Below are positions 1 to 11,096 of a stretch of DNA of 64,000 nt, one piece after another. A program made the position numbers and the translations under genes. Every line of letters begins with the position of its first letter. Position 1 is the first letter of the stretch. Below the pieces are notes generated by a model. It was not told the origin of the DNA. It ran no database searches and was given only the letters and a program-made list of their open reading frames with translations. The stretch is from Hwanghaeella sp. (GTDB lineage Bacteria > Pseudomonadota > Alphaproteobacteria > UBA8366 > Aestuariispiraceae), in assembly GCF_965227365.1 (NCBI RefSeq), contig NZ_OZ245754.1, forward strand, positions 2,462,777-2,526,776, written 5' to 3'.

Positions 1-657
1 TGTCTGGATTTGCGGTTCGAGGGGGCCAGCGCCGTGATCGGCGACCGGTCCTACGGGAAGGATCCCGACCTTGTAGGGAAACTGGGCCTCGCCGCCGTGG
101 AGGGATTCCGGGAAGCGGGCGTCATGCCGGTGATCAAACACCTTCCGGGCCACGGACGGGCATTGGTCGACAGCCATCACGGATTGCCGATCATCGATAC
201 CGATCTGACTATTCTGGAAAAAACGGACTTCAAACCATTCGTCACCTGTCGCGCGGGAACGTGGGGCATGACCGCACATCTGGTGCTGACGGCGGTCGAT
301 CCCGACCGTCCGATCACGCAATCCGCCACCGGCATCCAAGACATCATTCGAGACAGGATCGGATTCGAAGGCCCGCTGATGACCGACGATCTTTCGATGA
401 ACGCGCTGACCGGTGAAATGGTCTGCCGCGCGGACAAGGCCATCGCGGCGGGATGCGATCTGCTGCTGCATTGCAATGGCAAGATCGACGAAATGGAGGC
501 CGTGGCGGAAGCGTCGGTGCCACTTGCCGGCGCAGCGCTGAAAAGGATCAGCGAGACCCCCATTCCCCGGCCCGCCTCCCGTCTCAGCATCGCCGAGGTT
601 CAGGCGGAGCTCACCGAACTGCTCGGCCCTTCCATCCGCGCGGAAGGCAGCGTCTAG
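1..657 (+). CDS. nagZ: beta-N-acetylhexosaminidase (GH3, NagZ-like), C-terminal part; the 5' end lies outside the window
   Basis: Frame is open from base 1. GH3 motif [20 protein letters not shown]. Stop at 655-657. Confidence 0.8.
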   Translation, partial: CLDLRFEGASAVIGDRSYGKDPDLVGKLGLAAVEGFREAGVMPVIKHLPGHGRALVDSHHGLPIIDTDLTILEKTDFKPFVTCRAGTWGMTAHLVLTAVDPDRPITQSATGIQDIIRDRIGFEGPLMTDDLSMNALTGEMVCRADKAIAAGCDLLLHCNGKIDEMEAVAEASVPLAGAALKRISETPIPRPASRLSIAEVQAELTELLGPSIRAEGSV

Positions 658-1172
658 AGCGCGTCGCGGATTTCCTTAAGTTCCGCCAGGATTTCCTTCA
701 GGGCCGCCTTGGTCGCGGCCGGCATGCCCGCCGGCGCCATCGGGAACAACGAGCCCTGCGGCCCGGTATCCACAGGTGCACTGACCTCGGCTGCGGCTTC
801 CGTCACGACGGGTTCCGCTGTCGGCGCGGGTTCTGGCGCGGTCGCGGAAACATCCTCCGCCTCGGCCAGAAGGCCCTTCGGCCCCTTTTCCCGCAACAGC
901 TTTTGCACCCCACGGATCGTATAACCCTCGGAATAGAGAAGATCGCGAATACGCGAGAGAAGCTGGACGTCTTCGGGCCGGTAGTAGCGGCGCCCGCCGG
1001 CACGCTTCATCGGCTTTACCTGGGCGAATTTCGTTTCCCAGAACCGCAGCACATGCTGGGGGATGTTGAGATCGGAGGAAACTTCGCTGATGGTCCGAAA
1101 GGCCGCATCAGACTTGCCGCCCCTGGACTCGTTTCGGCCGCCCGTGACTGCGCTCTTCTCTGCCATGGTCAA
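654..1172 (-). CDS. MerR family transcriptional regulator
   Basis: 172-aa ORF with a MerR-type HTH ([25 protein letters not shown]). Sits next to ihfA, as in many alphaproteobacteria. Confidence 0.8.
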   Translation of the reverse strand: MTMAEKSAVTGGRNESRGGKSDAAFRTISEVSSDLNIPQHVLRFWETKFAQVKPMKRAGGRRYYRPEDVQLLSRIRDLLYSEGYTIRGVQKLLREKGPKGLLAEAEDVSATAPEPAPTAEPVVTEAAAEVSAPVDTGPQGSLFPMAPAGMPAATKAALKEILAELKEIRDAL

Positions 1173-1236
1173 AAACCGTCCTACCGCGCCGGTATGTTTC
1201 CATCCGGCCGCCCGTCCATTCGGTTAAACCGAATGT

Positions 1237-1539
1237 CTAGTCTTTCAGATTCGCGTTGATTCTGTTCTTGAGAACGTGACTCGGTCTGAAAACCAAGACT
1301 TTGCGGGGCAGAATCGGCACTTCCTCACCCGTTTTCGGGTTTCGGCCGATACGTTCGCCCTTCTGACGCACCGAAAAGCTGCCGAAGGACGAGATCTTCA
1401 CGGATTCCCCGCGAGTAAGCGCATCCGACATTTCACTCAAGACCGCCTCGACCAGATCCGCCGATTCATTCCGGGATAGGCCAACTTCCTGGTATACCGC
1501 TTCGGACAATTCCGCGCGGGTAACCGTCTTCTCAACCAT
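1237..1539 (-). CDS. ihfA: integration host factor subunit alpha
   Basis: 100 aa, HU/IHF family, with the arm motif [17 protein letters not shown]. Confidence 0.92.
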   Translation of the reverse strand: MVEKTVTRAELSEAVYQEVGLSRNESADLVEAVLSEMSDALTRGESVKISSFGSFSVRQKGERIGRNPKTGEEVPILPRKVLVFRPSHVLKNRINANLKD

Positions 1540-1725
1540 ATTCTCCCCCGCCGCCTTTGCAGGACTGTGAAAGAGCCGGGAAGGTCGGGTTCACCCCCCT
1601 AAACCGCCTCGGCGTCGTTGCGCAAAACTTTGGCTATTTCATGAGGTTAACGTCGGGCCTTACCGAGGTCAACGAGAAGCTCCGGGTGGAAAACCGATTA
1701 CCGGAACGGATTGGACCGGGCGGTC

Positions 1726-2703
1726 CTACCAACGCAGAATTGCCGACCCCCAGGAGAATCCGCCGCCCATTGCGGTCAGGGCCAGCAAATCGCCCGGCTT
1801 GAACAGCTGGCGCTCGAAACCATGGGTCAGTGCCAGCGGAATGGTGGCCGCTGAGGTATTGGCGTGGTTCTGGACCGTGACGATCACCTTGTCCTCGTCG
1901 ACGCCGAGCGTTTCCCCGACCTTGGCGATGATCCGGCTGTTGGCCTGATGGGGAATAAGCCAGTTGATGTCCTTCAAGGTCAGGCCATTCGCCTCAAGTC
2001 CCGTCCGAACAGAGGAGGCCATGCTATTGACCGCAAAACGAAAAACTTCCTGCCCCTGCATCCGGACATGACCGGAGGAACCGTTCGTCGCCGGCCCGCC
2101 GTCGACATAGAGTTGGTCGTAACGGGTACCGTCAGTATAGAGATGCGTGGAGAGGATCCCGCGATCGGTGCTGCTGCCCGCACCATCGACCGCGCGCAGA
2201 ACGGCCGCGCCGGCACCGTCTCCAAACAGGACGCAGGTCCCGCGATCGTTCCAGTCCAGGATGCGGGAATAGATTTCCGCACCGATCACCAATGCGGTGG
2301 TCGCCTGCCCCAAGCGGATCATGTTGTCCGCCATGGCGAGGCCGAAGACGAAACCGCTGCAGACCGCCTGCACATCGAAAGCCGGTCCCTTGGTTACGCC
2401 GAGCTGGCTTTGGATGCGTGCCGCCGTCGCGGGAAAGGTATTGTCCGGGGTCGTGGTCGCCAGAACGATCAAGTCGACATCCTGCGGCTTGACCTGGGCC
2501 GCCGACAGCGCCCGCAGGGCCGCTTCCCGCCCTAAATCCGAGGTCAGTTCGCCCTCGGCCGCGATATGGCGCTGCTTGATCCCCGTCCGCTTGACGATCC
2601 ATTCGTCCGAGGTATCGACCTTCTTCGCCAGATCATCATTTGTAAGTACTTGTTCCGGAAGGTAACTGCCGACGCCGATGACCTGGGACCGAAGAATACT
2701 CAT
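1726..2703 (-). CDS. fabH: beta-ketoacyl-ACP synthase III
   Basis: 325 aa. Catalytic motifs AVCSGF, PHQANSRI and ANTSAAT. 4-bp overlap with plsX. Confidence 0.93.
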   Translation of the reverse strand: MSILRSQVIGVGSYLPEQVLTNDDLAKKVDTSDEWIVKRTGIKQRHIAAEGELTSDLGREAALRALSAAQVKPQDVDLIVLATTTPDNTFPATAARIQSQLGVTKGPAFDVQAVCSGFVFGLAMADNMIRLGQATTALVIGAEIYSRILDWNDRGTCVLFGDGAGAAVLRAVDGAGSSTDRGILSTHLYTDGTRYDQLYVDGGPATNGSSGHVRMQGQEVFRFAVNSMASSVRTGLEANGLTLKDINWLIPHQANSRIIAKVGETLGVDEDKVIVTVQNHANTSAATIPLALTHGFERQLFKPGDLLALTAMGGGFSWGSAILRW

Positions 2704-3749
2704 TGTGCTGCAGCCTCCCGCACGGCCTGAGAATCGGCCTGCAAGCTCTCAAAATCCGCCTTCATTGCATCGATGAACCCGTGAACCGCCATATCGGCAG
2801 CCACGCCGATGGCGTTCGCAAACCCGATACCGTCGGTACCGCCGTGGCTTTTCACCACGATGCCGTTCAACCCCAGGAAGACCGCACCATTGTAGCGCCG
2901 CGGATCCAACCGCAGCCGCAGCTTGTCGATCGAACGGCTGGCGAACAGATAACCGATCTTGGCAAGCAGGCTGCTCTGGAAAGTCTCGCGAATGAAAGTG
3001 CTGATCAGTTTGGACGTACCTTCCACGGTCTTCAGCGCGACATTGCCCGTGAAACCGTCGGTCACGATAACATCGACGGTCCCTTTGGAGATATCGTCAC
3101 CTTCGACGAAGCCTTTGAATTCGATCGGCAAATTGCTGTTTCGAATCGTATTCGCCGCGGTTTTGACCTCTTCCTTGCCCTTCAGATCCTCTACCCCGAT
3201 GTTGAGGAGACCGATCGTCGGCTTGGCCAAACCCAGCACGGTGCGCGCGAAAACCTCGCCCATCACCGCGAACTGCACCAGATTCTCGGCGCCGCATTCC
3301 ACATTGGCGCCAAGATCGAGCATGCAGCTTTCACCGCGCATCGTCGGCAGGACCGAGCAGATCGCGGGCCGGTCTATTCCGGGCAAGGTGCGCAGGCCGA
3401 ACATCGCCATCGCCATCAAGGCGCCGGTATTGCCGGCGGACACGGCACAGGAGGCCTCACCGGCCTTCACCGCGTCGATCGCCAGCCGCATACTGGACTG
3501 CTTGCCGTTCCGTAACGCCGCCGACGGCTTGTCGTCATTGGAGATCGCCTTGTCCGTGTGCCGGATCTCGACACAGCCGGACAGCAACGGCTGCGCCTCC
3601 ACCAAGGGGCGGAGACGCGCTTCGTCGCCATAGAGCAGGAAATAGGCGTTCGGCAGACGTTCCCGCGCAATGGCGGCGCCCGTAACAACAATATCGGGGG
3701 CGTGATCGCCCCCCATACCGTCCAGCGAAATTGTCAGCCGATCCGCCAA
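2700..3749 (-). CDS. plsX: phosphate acyltransferase PlsX
   Basis: 349 aa with full-length PlsX-like sequence (GGDHAP, FTGNVALKT). rpmF-plsX-fabH synteny. Confidence 0.93.
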   Translation of the reverse strand: MADRLTISLDGMGGDHAPDIVVTGAAIARERLPNAYFLLYGDEARLRPLVEAQPLLSGCVEIRHTDKAISNDDKPSAALRNGKQSSMRLAIDAVKAGEASCAVSAGNTGALMAMAMFGLRTLPGIDRPAICSVLPTMRGESCMLDLGANVECGAENLVQFAVMGEVFARTVLGLAKPTIGLLNIGVEDLKGKEEVKTAANTIRNSNLPIEFKGFVEGDDISKGTVDVIVTDGFTGNVALKTVEGTSKLISTFIRETFQSSLLAKIGYLFASRSIDKLRLRLDPRRYNGAVFLGLNGIVVKSHGGTDGIGFANAIGVAADMAVHGFIDAMKADFESLQADSQAVREAAAQ

Positions 3750-3881
3750 AGCGATGTCCCGCCGCTTGCCTTGTTCTTTTGCCTTAAAGGGCCCTTATCG
3801 TCCCTTGAAGGAGGCGGTCCGGGCCCGTGCGAGCTATTGAGCGCCCCTGTCCAACCGACCGGACGCCATCAGAACAGGCAA

Positions 3882-4064
3882 TCAGAGTCCGGCCGCTTCC
3901 ACAACCTCGCGGTTGTCGTAATGACCGCAGGATGCGCAAACATGATGCGGACGCTTCAGCTCACCGCAGTTCGGGCATTCGGCATGAGCCGCGCTTTTCA
4001 GGGAGTCATGAGCCCGGCGCATATCGCGACGCGAACGGCTCACCTTTCTTTTGGGTACAGCCAT
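3882..4064 (-). CDS. rpmF: 50S ribosomal protein L32
   Basis: ATG at 4064 gives [23 protein letters not shown]...CASC zinc ribbon. The TTG at 4073 is a less likely start. Confidence 0.9.
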   Translation of the reverse strand: MAVPKRKVSRSRRDMRRAHDSLKSAAHAECPNCGELKRPHHVCASCGHYDNREVVEAAGL

Positions 4065-4199
4065 TTTCTTCAACTTTCGACAAATGAGAAACGAGCGGCT
4101 TCATAAAGGATTTGATCAGCGACGACAAGCCGCAGCATGCAATAGTTCAGCATGCGCGGACACCCGTACGGCGATCCACCCTCAAACCGTGGCGGTGAC

Positions 4200-4787
4200 T
4201 TAATCCTTACGCTTCAGTTTTGCAAGCTCCGCGAACGGCCCGCTGGGCGCATTCAAGGTAATGACCTCCGCCTTCTGCTTCCCGCCATCGTCTTTCAGAA
4301 GGTCCTCGACGGCCACGCCTTCCGCCCGCGGATACGGATTCAGCGACAGCGAAAGGTGTTGGACGACCAGTTCCCCTATGTCGATGCCCTGGGGTTCGAA
4401 GGGCTCCACAGGATCTTCATCTTCCAGGGTCAGTTCCAGGTTCACCGCTTCCTCGACGGGACCGAATTCGGCGTCGAATTCCTCGTTGACCTCTTCTTCC
4501 ACCGGGTCCAGCGAAACAACACAGGCCTGCACCACGCGGGCTTCCAGCATGCCGGTGACCTTGACCCCGCGCCCGCCGCCCTTGGCAGGACGCAGATGCA
4601 CCTTGGCGGTGAAGGCCGGCAGTCCCAACAGGCCGAGCCGCTTGGCGATCGCGCCGCGCTCGTCCTCCGTCGGGGCCAGACGCACATGACGCCCCTCGCC
4701 CGGCAGAGAATCCGGATCGACCCAAATCGAGAATTCTCTCTCCGCCACGGAAACGGCGGTGCCCGTCTGATCGTCGTGTTCAGTCAT
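4200..4787 (-). CDS. yceD: YceD/DUF177 family protein (large-subunit rRNA accumulation protein)
   Basis: 195-aa acidic protein directly upstream of rpmF, the conserved position. 4-bp overlap with the upstream gene. Confidence 0.78.
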   Translation of the reverse strand: MTEHDDQTGTAVSVAEREFSIWVDPDSLPGEGRHVRLAPTEDERGAIAKRLGLLGLPAFTAKVHLRPAKGGGRGVKVTGMLEARVVQACVVSLDPVEEEVNEEFDAEFGPVEEAVNLELTLEDEDPVEPFEPQGIDIGELVVQHLSLSLNPYPRAEGVAVEDLLKDDGGKQKAEVITLNAPSGPFAELAKLKRKD

Positions 4788-5365
4788 GCTTCATTTCCTG
4801 TTCCGGACCGGGGCTCCGGGAAGGATACCGTGCCGCCTAGAATGGCGGCGGGATCCTGCGCGGCAAGCGCGGTCCTGGCTTCCAATACATAACGCGTCAG
4901 GCCTTCCAGAGCCGCGGCAAATCCCGGCCCCTCGGCCTCATTGCCCCGGTAGACGTTTCGCGTCAGGGCGTCGGCGATATCCTCCACCGGCGTCGCTCCG
5001 CCCAGGGCCTTCTCATACGTTTCGAAACGCCCGTAGAGGGCATCGATCATGCGGTGAATCTTTTTCGGCACGCTCAGGTCCCCGACACCGATTTCCCGCA
5101 GCGAATTGTCCATATCCGCGAAATGCTCCTCCAACAGCGCCCGCAGGACCGGACTTTGCCGCTCTTCACGCGGGAATCGGTTCAGGATCAGGAAGAGATG
5201 CAGCACGATCATATCGAAGCGACCATCCACCGTGTCGGCGACCTTCAGACCGGTATAGAAAACCGGTTTTCTGGCTTGCTCCACCACCGTGCCATACAGC
5301 GCGACCGCCCGGGGATCGTGACTGTCCAGGTCCAGAAAGCGTCGAAAGGCGCGCAACAGGGGCAT
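4784..5365 (-). CDS. ubiquinol-cytochrome c chaperone (Cbp3-like) family protein
   Basis: 193 aa. Recognised family pattern (DGRFDMIVLHLFLILNRF...DMDNSLREIGVGD). Typical neighbour of bamE and yceD in alphaproteobacteria. Confidence 0.7.
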   Translation of the reverse strand: MPLLRAFRRFLDLDSHDPRAVALYGTVVEQARKPVFYTGLKVADTVDGRFDMIVLHLFLILNRFPREERQSPVLRALLEEHFADMDNSLREIGVGDLSVPKKIHRMIDALYGRFETYEKALGGATPVEDIADALTRNVYRGNEAEGPGFAAALEGLTRYVLEARTALAAQDPAAILGGTVSFPEPRSGTGNEA

Positions 5366-5560
5366 GACATTCTCTATAGATCAATGAAACGAGCGCTGCG
5401 ACACGGCGTTCCCGAATTGACACGATCAGGGGCCGGTGCGAGTTTGCCCACCAAATCGGCCCTAATCGCGGCGGGGTCAAGGTCCCGCCCCTGAAAACGT
5501 TCAGGGGCCGCCTTGGACGCCGCGCCGGGTGATCCCATATGCAAGGGGTCGAAGCAGTAA

Positions 5561-6070
5561 ATGAAACGTAGCGAAACAGCGCCAACCATTCAGCTCATGA
5601 TGAAACAAACCGCCCTTCTTCCCAATATCGGTAGAACAGCCCGCCTCTTGACTGGCGTCGCCGTGATCGCGGTCGCGGTCACCGCCTGCACGCCGAAGAC
5701 GGCGCTGCGCGGCAACCTTCCGCGCGACTACCAGATCGAACAGTTGGAAGTGGGCAAACAGCGGAAATCGCAGGTCGAATCGATCCTGGGCAGCCCATCG
5801 GTGATCGGTACGTTCGACGACAACATCTGGTATTACATGAGCCGGCGGACGGAACGCTGGGCCTTCCTGGAGGAAGAAGTCGTCGAGCAGAAGGTCCTCG
5901 CGTTGTATTTCAACGACAACGGCTTCCTCGAACATGTCGAGACCTACACACAGGACGACGCCCGCGACATCGCGACCAGCGACCGGACGACCCCGACGGC
6001 CGGCAAGGAGCTGGGCTTCTTCGAGCAGATTTTCGGCAATCTCGGCAAGGTCGGCGGATCGGGATACTAG
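5561..6070 (+). CDS. bamE: outer membrane protein assembly factor BamE (SmpA/OmlA lipoprotein)
   Basis: Signal peptide with lipobox AVTAC. SmpA/OmlA-like body (QLEVGKQRKSQVESILGSP). Start is ATG 5561 or ATG 5597. Confidence 0.75.
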   Translation: MKRSETAPTIQLMMKQTALLPNIGRTARLLTGVAVIAVAVTACTPKTALRGNLPRDYQIEQLEVGKQRKSQVESILGSPSVIGTFDDNIWYYMSRRTERWAFLEEEVVEQKVLALYFNDNGFLEHVETYTQDDARDIATSDRTTPTAGKELGFFEQIFGNLGKVGGSGY

Positions 6071-6120
6071 GACCCTTCCGCAATAGCACGCTCCAAATAA
6101 CGCCACACCAGGAAACAAGA

Positions 6121-6156
6121 ACCCCCGAGGCATCGCCCCGGGGGTCAGTTTTTTTT
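6121..6156 (+). terminator. rho-independent terminator downstream of bamE
   Basis: ACCCCCG-loop-CGGGGGT stem followed by a T8 run (6149-6156). Confidence 0.75.
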
Positions 6157-6203
6157 CCACCCAGCGAACCGGGTTGAATGGTTAAGTCGGCGTTCGGCGC
6201 CTT

Positions 6204-8276
6204 TTAGTGCGCCAAGGCCGCCAGAAGCAGGATCGCCACGATGTTGGTGATCTTGATCATCGGGTTCACGGCCGGGCCCGCCGTATCCTTGTACGGATCG
6301 CCGACGGTGTCGCCGGTAACCGCAGCCTTATGGGCTTCGGACCCCTTGCCGCCGTGGTTGCCGTCTTCGATGTACTTCTTGGCGTTATCCCAGGCACCGC
6401 CGCCGGCCGTCATCGACAGCGCGACGAAAAGGCCCGTGACGATCACGCCGAGAAGCAGGGCGCCGAGCGCCGCGAAGGCGGCCGCCTGCCCGGCAATCGC
6501 GTTGATCACGAAATAGATCACGATCGGCGAGAAGATCGGCAGCAGCGACGGAATGACCATTTCCTTGATGGCGGTCTTGGTCAGCATGTCGACACAGCGG
6601 CCATATTCCGGCTTGGTCGTGCCCTCCATGATGCCCGGCAGTTCCTTGAACTGACGGCGCACTTCAACGACGACCGCACCGCCGGCGCGGCCGACAGCGG
6701 TCATGCTCATCGCACCGAACAGGTAGGGCAGCAGGCCGCCGAGCAGCAGACCGACCACGACATACGGGTTGGACAGCGAGAAGTTCACGTTCACATCGCT
6801 GAAATAGGCATCCAGGTCCGAGGTATAAGCCGCGAACAGCACCAGCGCACCGAGACCGGCGGAACCGATGGCATAGCCCTTGGTCACCGCTTTCGTGGTG
6901 TTGCCAACGGCGTCCAAGGCATCCGTGGTGTTGCGGACATTGTCTTCCAACTCGGCCATTTCCGCGATACCGCCCGCGTTATCGGTCACCGGACCGTAAG
7001 CGTCGAGCGCCACGACCATACCGGCCAGCGCCAGCATCGTCGTCACCGCGATGGCGATGCCGAACAGACCCGCGAACAGGTAGGTCACGATGATCGCGGC
7101 ACAGATCAGGATGGCCGGGACCGCGGTCGCTTCCATGGAAACGGCGAGGCCCTGGATGACGTTGGTGCCGTGACCGGTTTCGGACGCCTTGGCGACGGAA
7201 CGGACCGGACGGAATTCAGTCGAGGTGTAGTATTCCGTGACCCATACGATCAGGCCCGTCAGCACCAGACCGGTGATGCCGCACCAGAACAGGTCCATGC
7301 CGGTGAAGGTCGTCGCGCCGATCGTCAGTTCCGTGGCCGTTCCGATGGTCATTTCCGTGATCGGATACAGCGCGATCGCCGAGATGACCGCCGAGGCGAA
7401 GAAGCCTTTGTACAGCGCGCCCATGATGTTGTTGCTGCTGCCCAACCGTACGAAGAAGGTCGCGATGATGGACGCAACGAGGCAAACGCCGCCGATCGCC
7501 ATCGGGTAGATCAACATCTGTTCCAGGTTCGGGTTGTTGCCGAGATACAGCAGGGCCAGGACCATGGTGGCGCCGATGGTGACGACATAGGTCTCGAACA
7601 GGTCGGCGGCCATGCCCGCGCAATCGCCGACATTGTCGCCGACGTTATCGGCGATCACCGCCGGGTTGCGGGGATCGTCTTCCGGGATACCGGCTTCCAC
7701 CTTACCGACGAGGTCGGCGCCGACATCGGCGCCCTTGGTGAAGATACCGCCGCCGAGACGGGCAAAGATCGAGATCAGCGACGCGCCGAAGGCTAGGCCG
7801 ATCAGCGGGTTGATCATGTCACGGCCGGTTGCGCCCGTATTGCTGAGGATGGCGTAGTAGACAGCGATGGACAGCAGGGCCAAACCCGCGACCAGCATCC
7901 CCGTCACCGCACCGGAGCGGAAAGACATGCTGAGCCCGGCAGCAAGGCTGGTACGCGCCGCCTCCGTCGTCCGAACGTTCGCGCGGACCGAGACGATCAT
8001 GCCGATATAACCCGCGGCACCGGACATCACCGCGCCGATCAGGAAACCGACCGCCGTGGTCATGCCCAACGTCAGAAACAGCACCACCGCCACGATGATT
8101 CCGGCGATACCGATCGTCGTGTACTGCCGGTTCAGATAGGCGGACGCGCCTTCCTGGATCGCGCCCGCGATTTCCTGCATGCGCTCGTTACCGGCGCTCG
8201 AGGCGATAATGGCACGCGAGGTGAACAGCCCGTACAGGACCGCCAGCACACCGCAGCCGATAATAAGGTAAATCAT
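6204..8276 (-). CDS. hppA: H+-translocating (K+-insensitive type) membrane pyrophosphatase
   Basis: About 690 aa from ATG 8276 ([10 protein letters not shown]...). Motifs [20 protein letters not shown] and [19 protein letters not shown]. The ORF-track extension to 8408 lacks homology-like sequence. Confidence 0.95.
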   Translation of the reverse strand: MIYLIIGCGVLAVLYGLFTSRAIIASSAGNERMQEIAGAIQEGASAYLNRQYTTIGIAGIIVAVVLFLTLGMTTAVGFLIGAVMSGAAGYIGMIVSVRANVRTTEAARTSLAAGLSMSFRSGAVTGMLVAGLALLSIAVYYAILSNTGATGRDMINPLIGLAFGASLISIFARLGGGIFTKGADVGADLVGKVEAGIPEDDPRNPAVIADNVGDNVGDCAGMAADLFETYVVTIGATMVLALLYLGNNPNLEQMLIYPMAIGGVCLVASIIATFFVRLGSSNNIMGALYKGFFASAVISAIALYPITEMTIGTATELTIGATTFTGMDLFWCGITGLVLTGLIVWVTEYYTSTEFRPVRSVAKASETGHGTNVIQGLAVSMEATAVPAILICAAIIVTYLFAGLFGIAIAVTTMLALAGMVVALDAYGPVTDNAGGIAEMAELEDNVRNTTDALDAVGNTTKAVTKGYAIGSAGLGALVLFAAYTSDLDAYFSDVNVNFSLSNPYVVVGLLLGGLLPYLFGAMSMTAVGRAGGAVVVEVRRQFKELPGIMEGTTKPEYGRCVDMLTKTAIKEMVIPSLLPIFSPIVIYFVINAIAGQAAAFAALGALLLGVIVTGLFVALSMTAGGGAWDNAKKYIEDGNHGGKGSEAHKAAVTGDTVGDPYKDTAGPAVNPMIKITNIVAILLLAALAH

Positions 8277-8514
8277 TTTCCTCTGACCCTTCCCAAACTT
8301 GAAGTTTATCCCGATAGGGGATACCCGCCTGGCGGTCTTGTCGCCGCCTGAACGCCCCCAATCGCGGGGTTTTGCCCTTCGCCGTCTGCCTTCCGGCAAC
8401 AGGGACACAGTATACGTCGCCCCGACCTAAGCCGGGGCGCGAACCGCAAAAAAGCTACGGGAAGGTGTAAATTTAGGCAAGTAGAGGAATTGACCGTGCA
8501 ATGCGGCGGATCGA

Positions 8515-9792
8515 TCAGGCCAATCGGGCACCGTCCGGCCGGTAGAAACGCAGCCACAATGCGGCCAGGAAGACGACCAGTACCGGTCCGATGATCGCCA
8601 TGTTCACCGCGTCCCAGCCCACCAGATTCTGCAACATGCCGGCCGACAGGCTCGCCACGCTGACCGATCCGAAGACAATGAAATCATTGAGAGCCTGAAC
8701 CTTGTTCCGCTCCGTCGCCGTATAGGTGCTGGTCAGCAGCGTCGTCCCGCCGATGAACATGAAGTTCCAGCCAACGCCGAGCAGCAAAAGGCCGAGCCAG
8801 AACTCCTCGATATCGACCCCGGACAGGTTGACCGCAACACAGGCGATGTTCAGCACGGTGCCGAGCTTGATGATGTTCAGCACACCAAATCGACGAATCA
8901 GCGAGCCGGTGAAGAAACTGGGCGCGAACATGCCCAGTGCGTGCCATTGGATGACAAAGGCGGTGTCGGCCACGTCAAAGCCGCAGACCTGCATGGCAAG
9001 CGGCGTCGCGGTCATCACGAAGGACATCACCGCATAACCCAGCATGGCTGCGATCACGGCGATGACGAAAACCGGCTGCTTTACGATCTGGCCCATCGGG
9101 CGGCCGGTATCGCGACGCTCTTCGGGCGCCAAATTCGGAATTCGGATGAACTGAAGCACCACGACCGTGATCAGGCAGAGAACGATCACGACGGCATAAG
9201 ACCCCGCGAACATGACCGGCGCCATGAGGTCCTGGCTCTCCCTGGCCAGGGTCGGGCCAACCACGGCGGCGACAACGCCGCCGGCCATGACCAGCGATAT
9301 GGCGCGCGGGCGGAAGGCCTCACTCGCGGTTTCGGATGCCGCGAAGCGGTAATACTGCCAGAACGCATTGTGGAAGCCGATGATCAAACCGCAGACGGTG
9401 AACATCCAGAAACTGCCTTCCAGGATAGCGTAGCAGGCGAGAGCCGCCCCGCCGGCACCGATGAATTGTCCGATGGTGAAACCGACCCGGCGGCCAACCC
9501 GGCGCATGAACATCGATGCCGGGATCGTCGCCATCATGGTGCCGATGAATTGCATGCTGAGCGGCAGTGTCGCTAAACTGGCTTCCGGCAAAGTGCCGAG
9601 GAACGGCAGGGTCACCGTCGCGTTCGGATCCGCCAGCATTTTGCCCGTCAGCGCGGAGATGACCATGTTCAGGCTGGTCCCGGACATGCTCAACGCGAGG
9701 CAAACCGCCAATAGAATGACGTTGCGTTTGGTCGGGTCCGACCCAGAGAAGGCCGAAAGCTTGCCGGACAGGATAGACATGAGGCGTTTCAC
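8515..9792 (-). CDS. MFS transporter
   Basis: 425 aa with about 12 predicted TM helices and an MFS loop motif (MRRVGRRVGF). Confidence 0.75.
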   Translation of the reverse strand: MKRLMSILSGKLSAFSGSDPTKRNVILLAVCLALSMSGTSLNMVISALTGKMLADPNATVTLPFLGTLPEASLATLPLSMQFIGTMMATIPASMFMRRVGRRVGFTIGQFIGAGGAALACYAILEGSFWMFTVCGLIIGFHNAFWQYYRFAASETASEAFRPRAISLVMAGGVVAAVVGPTLARESQDLMAPVMFAGSYAVVIVLCLITVVVLQFIRIPNLAPEERRDTGRPMGQIVKQPVFVIAVIAAMLGYAVMSFVMTATPLAMQVCGFDVADTAFVIQWHALGMFAPSFFTGSLIRRFGVLNIIKLGTVLNIACVAVNLSGVDIEEFWLGLLLLGVGWNFMFIGGTTLLTSTYTATERNKVQALNDFIVFGSVSVASLSAGMLQNLVGWDAVNMAIIGPVLVVFLAALWLRFYRPDGARLA

Positions 9793-9811
9793 TTAAGCAG
9801 TTTTGAACAGG

Positions 9812-10264
9812 TCAGCTTCCGCGTTTTTCGTAGATGCCCTCGATCAGGACATCGACCAGGTTCTCGGACCCGATATTTTTTTCCGCTATTTTTCGGAGGC
9901 GACGCTTGATTGCCACAATACTGATCGGCTGGTCGAGAGGGGCTGCCGAAAAATAGTCGTGAAGCGATAGGTAGGTTTCTTCCTTGATCCGGGGCATGAC
10001 CTGATTGGCCAATTCCTTGCCGTCCTGGTCCATGACCTGAAGCGTGATCTTCAACAGGATATACTTCTTAACCGTTCCCTGCCGAATGACGGGAATGGTC
10101 AAGGATTCGAGCTGGACCAGTTCCGGATCGGGCGGTGGCGGCGGCGGTTCGGGCTCGGCGGGTTCCTCGGTCGCGTCTTTCAGGACAAACCAATAGTAGG
10201 CCGCGCCCCCGGCGGTACCGAAAAGCAGCAATACGGGAATTATGATCAGTAGTAGCTTTTTCAT
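9812..10264 (-). CDS. FliL-like (flagellar basal-body-associated family) membrane-anchored protein
   Basis: 150 aa. N-terminal TM helix, Pro-rich linker, then a FliL-like pattern (LESLTIPVI....KYILLKITLQV). Confidence 0.5.
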   Translation of the reverse strand: MKKLLLIIIPVLLLFGTAGGAAYYWFVLKDATEEPAEPEPPPPPPDPELVQLESLTIPVIRQGTVKKYILLKITLQVMDQDGKELANQVMPRIKEETYLSLHDYFSAAPLDQPISIVAIKRRLRKIAEKNIGSENLVDVLIEGIYEKRGS

Positions 10265-10321
10265 ATGCGCGCGCCGTCAGGCGAGACGCTTAGCATACCC
10301 GGCCCGCACCGGAAACCACCG

Positions 10322-10978
10322 TCACCGGGAATACCCGCTTCCCGGCGATTCACCTTCCTGCTTGCTCCAATCGATATAAACGGCCTGCCTGTTGCCGTGG
10401 CCTCTTTTCGGCAGGAACAATGCCCCCGCAATGACAAAGGCAATGCCGCCGAGTTCCATGACCCAGTTCATCCTGACATCGCCGATCTCATATCCGATGA
10501 TGATGTCGAAATGGTGGAACCCTACCGCGCGCACCGCGACGAATGTCATGACCAGAAAAACGCCCAGCAAGGCGAGCCAATTGGGCCGTAGGATTTTACG
10601 GAAGACCACAGCCAGGATGACAAATCCGCAAGCGGTCGCGCCCATCATCCCGTAAATGAATTGCCTTTGGAATCCGCGTCTCTCGTCGTACCAGCCGTTG
10701 ATCTTGGCGTGGCAGCGCCCGATTGCCGTGAACAGGGACTGCAAGTCCAACTGCTTGTTCACCGCCAGGAACAGGAACAGGACCGCCAGCGCGATCCAGA
10801 AGAAACGCTGCATGGCCACGGTTTCATCCGAATAGATGTGCTTCGCCTTCATTGCCGCGCGCACCGCCAGAAGGGAGGCCAAGGCATAGGCGGCGACCGT
10901 CACCCAGCCCATGATATGCGGATCGCCGATCTTCGGCGACCAGCTCGCGAAGGTGCAGGCTTGGATTTCCTCTAACAT
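10322..10978 (-). CDS. hypothetical integral membrane protein
   Basis: 218 aa with about 6 hydrophobic helices. No family recognised. Confidence 0.5.
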   Translation of the reverse strand: MLEEIQACTFASWSPKIGDPHIMGWVTVAAYALASLLAVRAAMKAKHIYSDETVAMQRFFWIALAVLFLFLAVNKQLDLQSLFTAIGRCHAKINGWYDERRGFQRQFIYGMMGATACGFVILAVVFRKILRPNWLALLGVFLVMTFVAVRAVGFHHFDIIIGYEIGDVRMNWVMELGGIAFVIAGALFLPKRGHGNRQAVYIDWSKQEGESPGSGYSR

Positions 10979-11096
10979 GAACCGAACTCGTCTTTGCCCG
11001 GCCAGGACCAGGACTTCCCCCAGGAGACCAATTCAGGCCCATCCGTGGGTATCATGGTGCGCATTTCTTCGGTCAAATGCAATCCGCGAGCGTCGA

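Noticed and set aside
6207-7796. 529-aa ORF on the plus strand
   Set aside because: It is antisense to hppA. R/D/G-rich low-complexity translation.
8277-8408. 44-codon extension of hppA
   Set aside because: Pyrophosphatase homologues start at the MIYLI.. position. The extension is basic and unstructured and lacks a TM helix.
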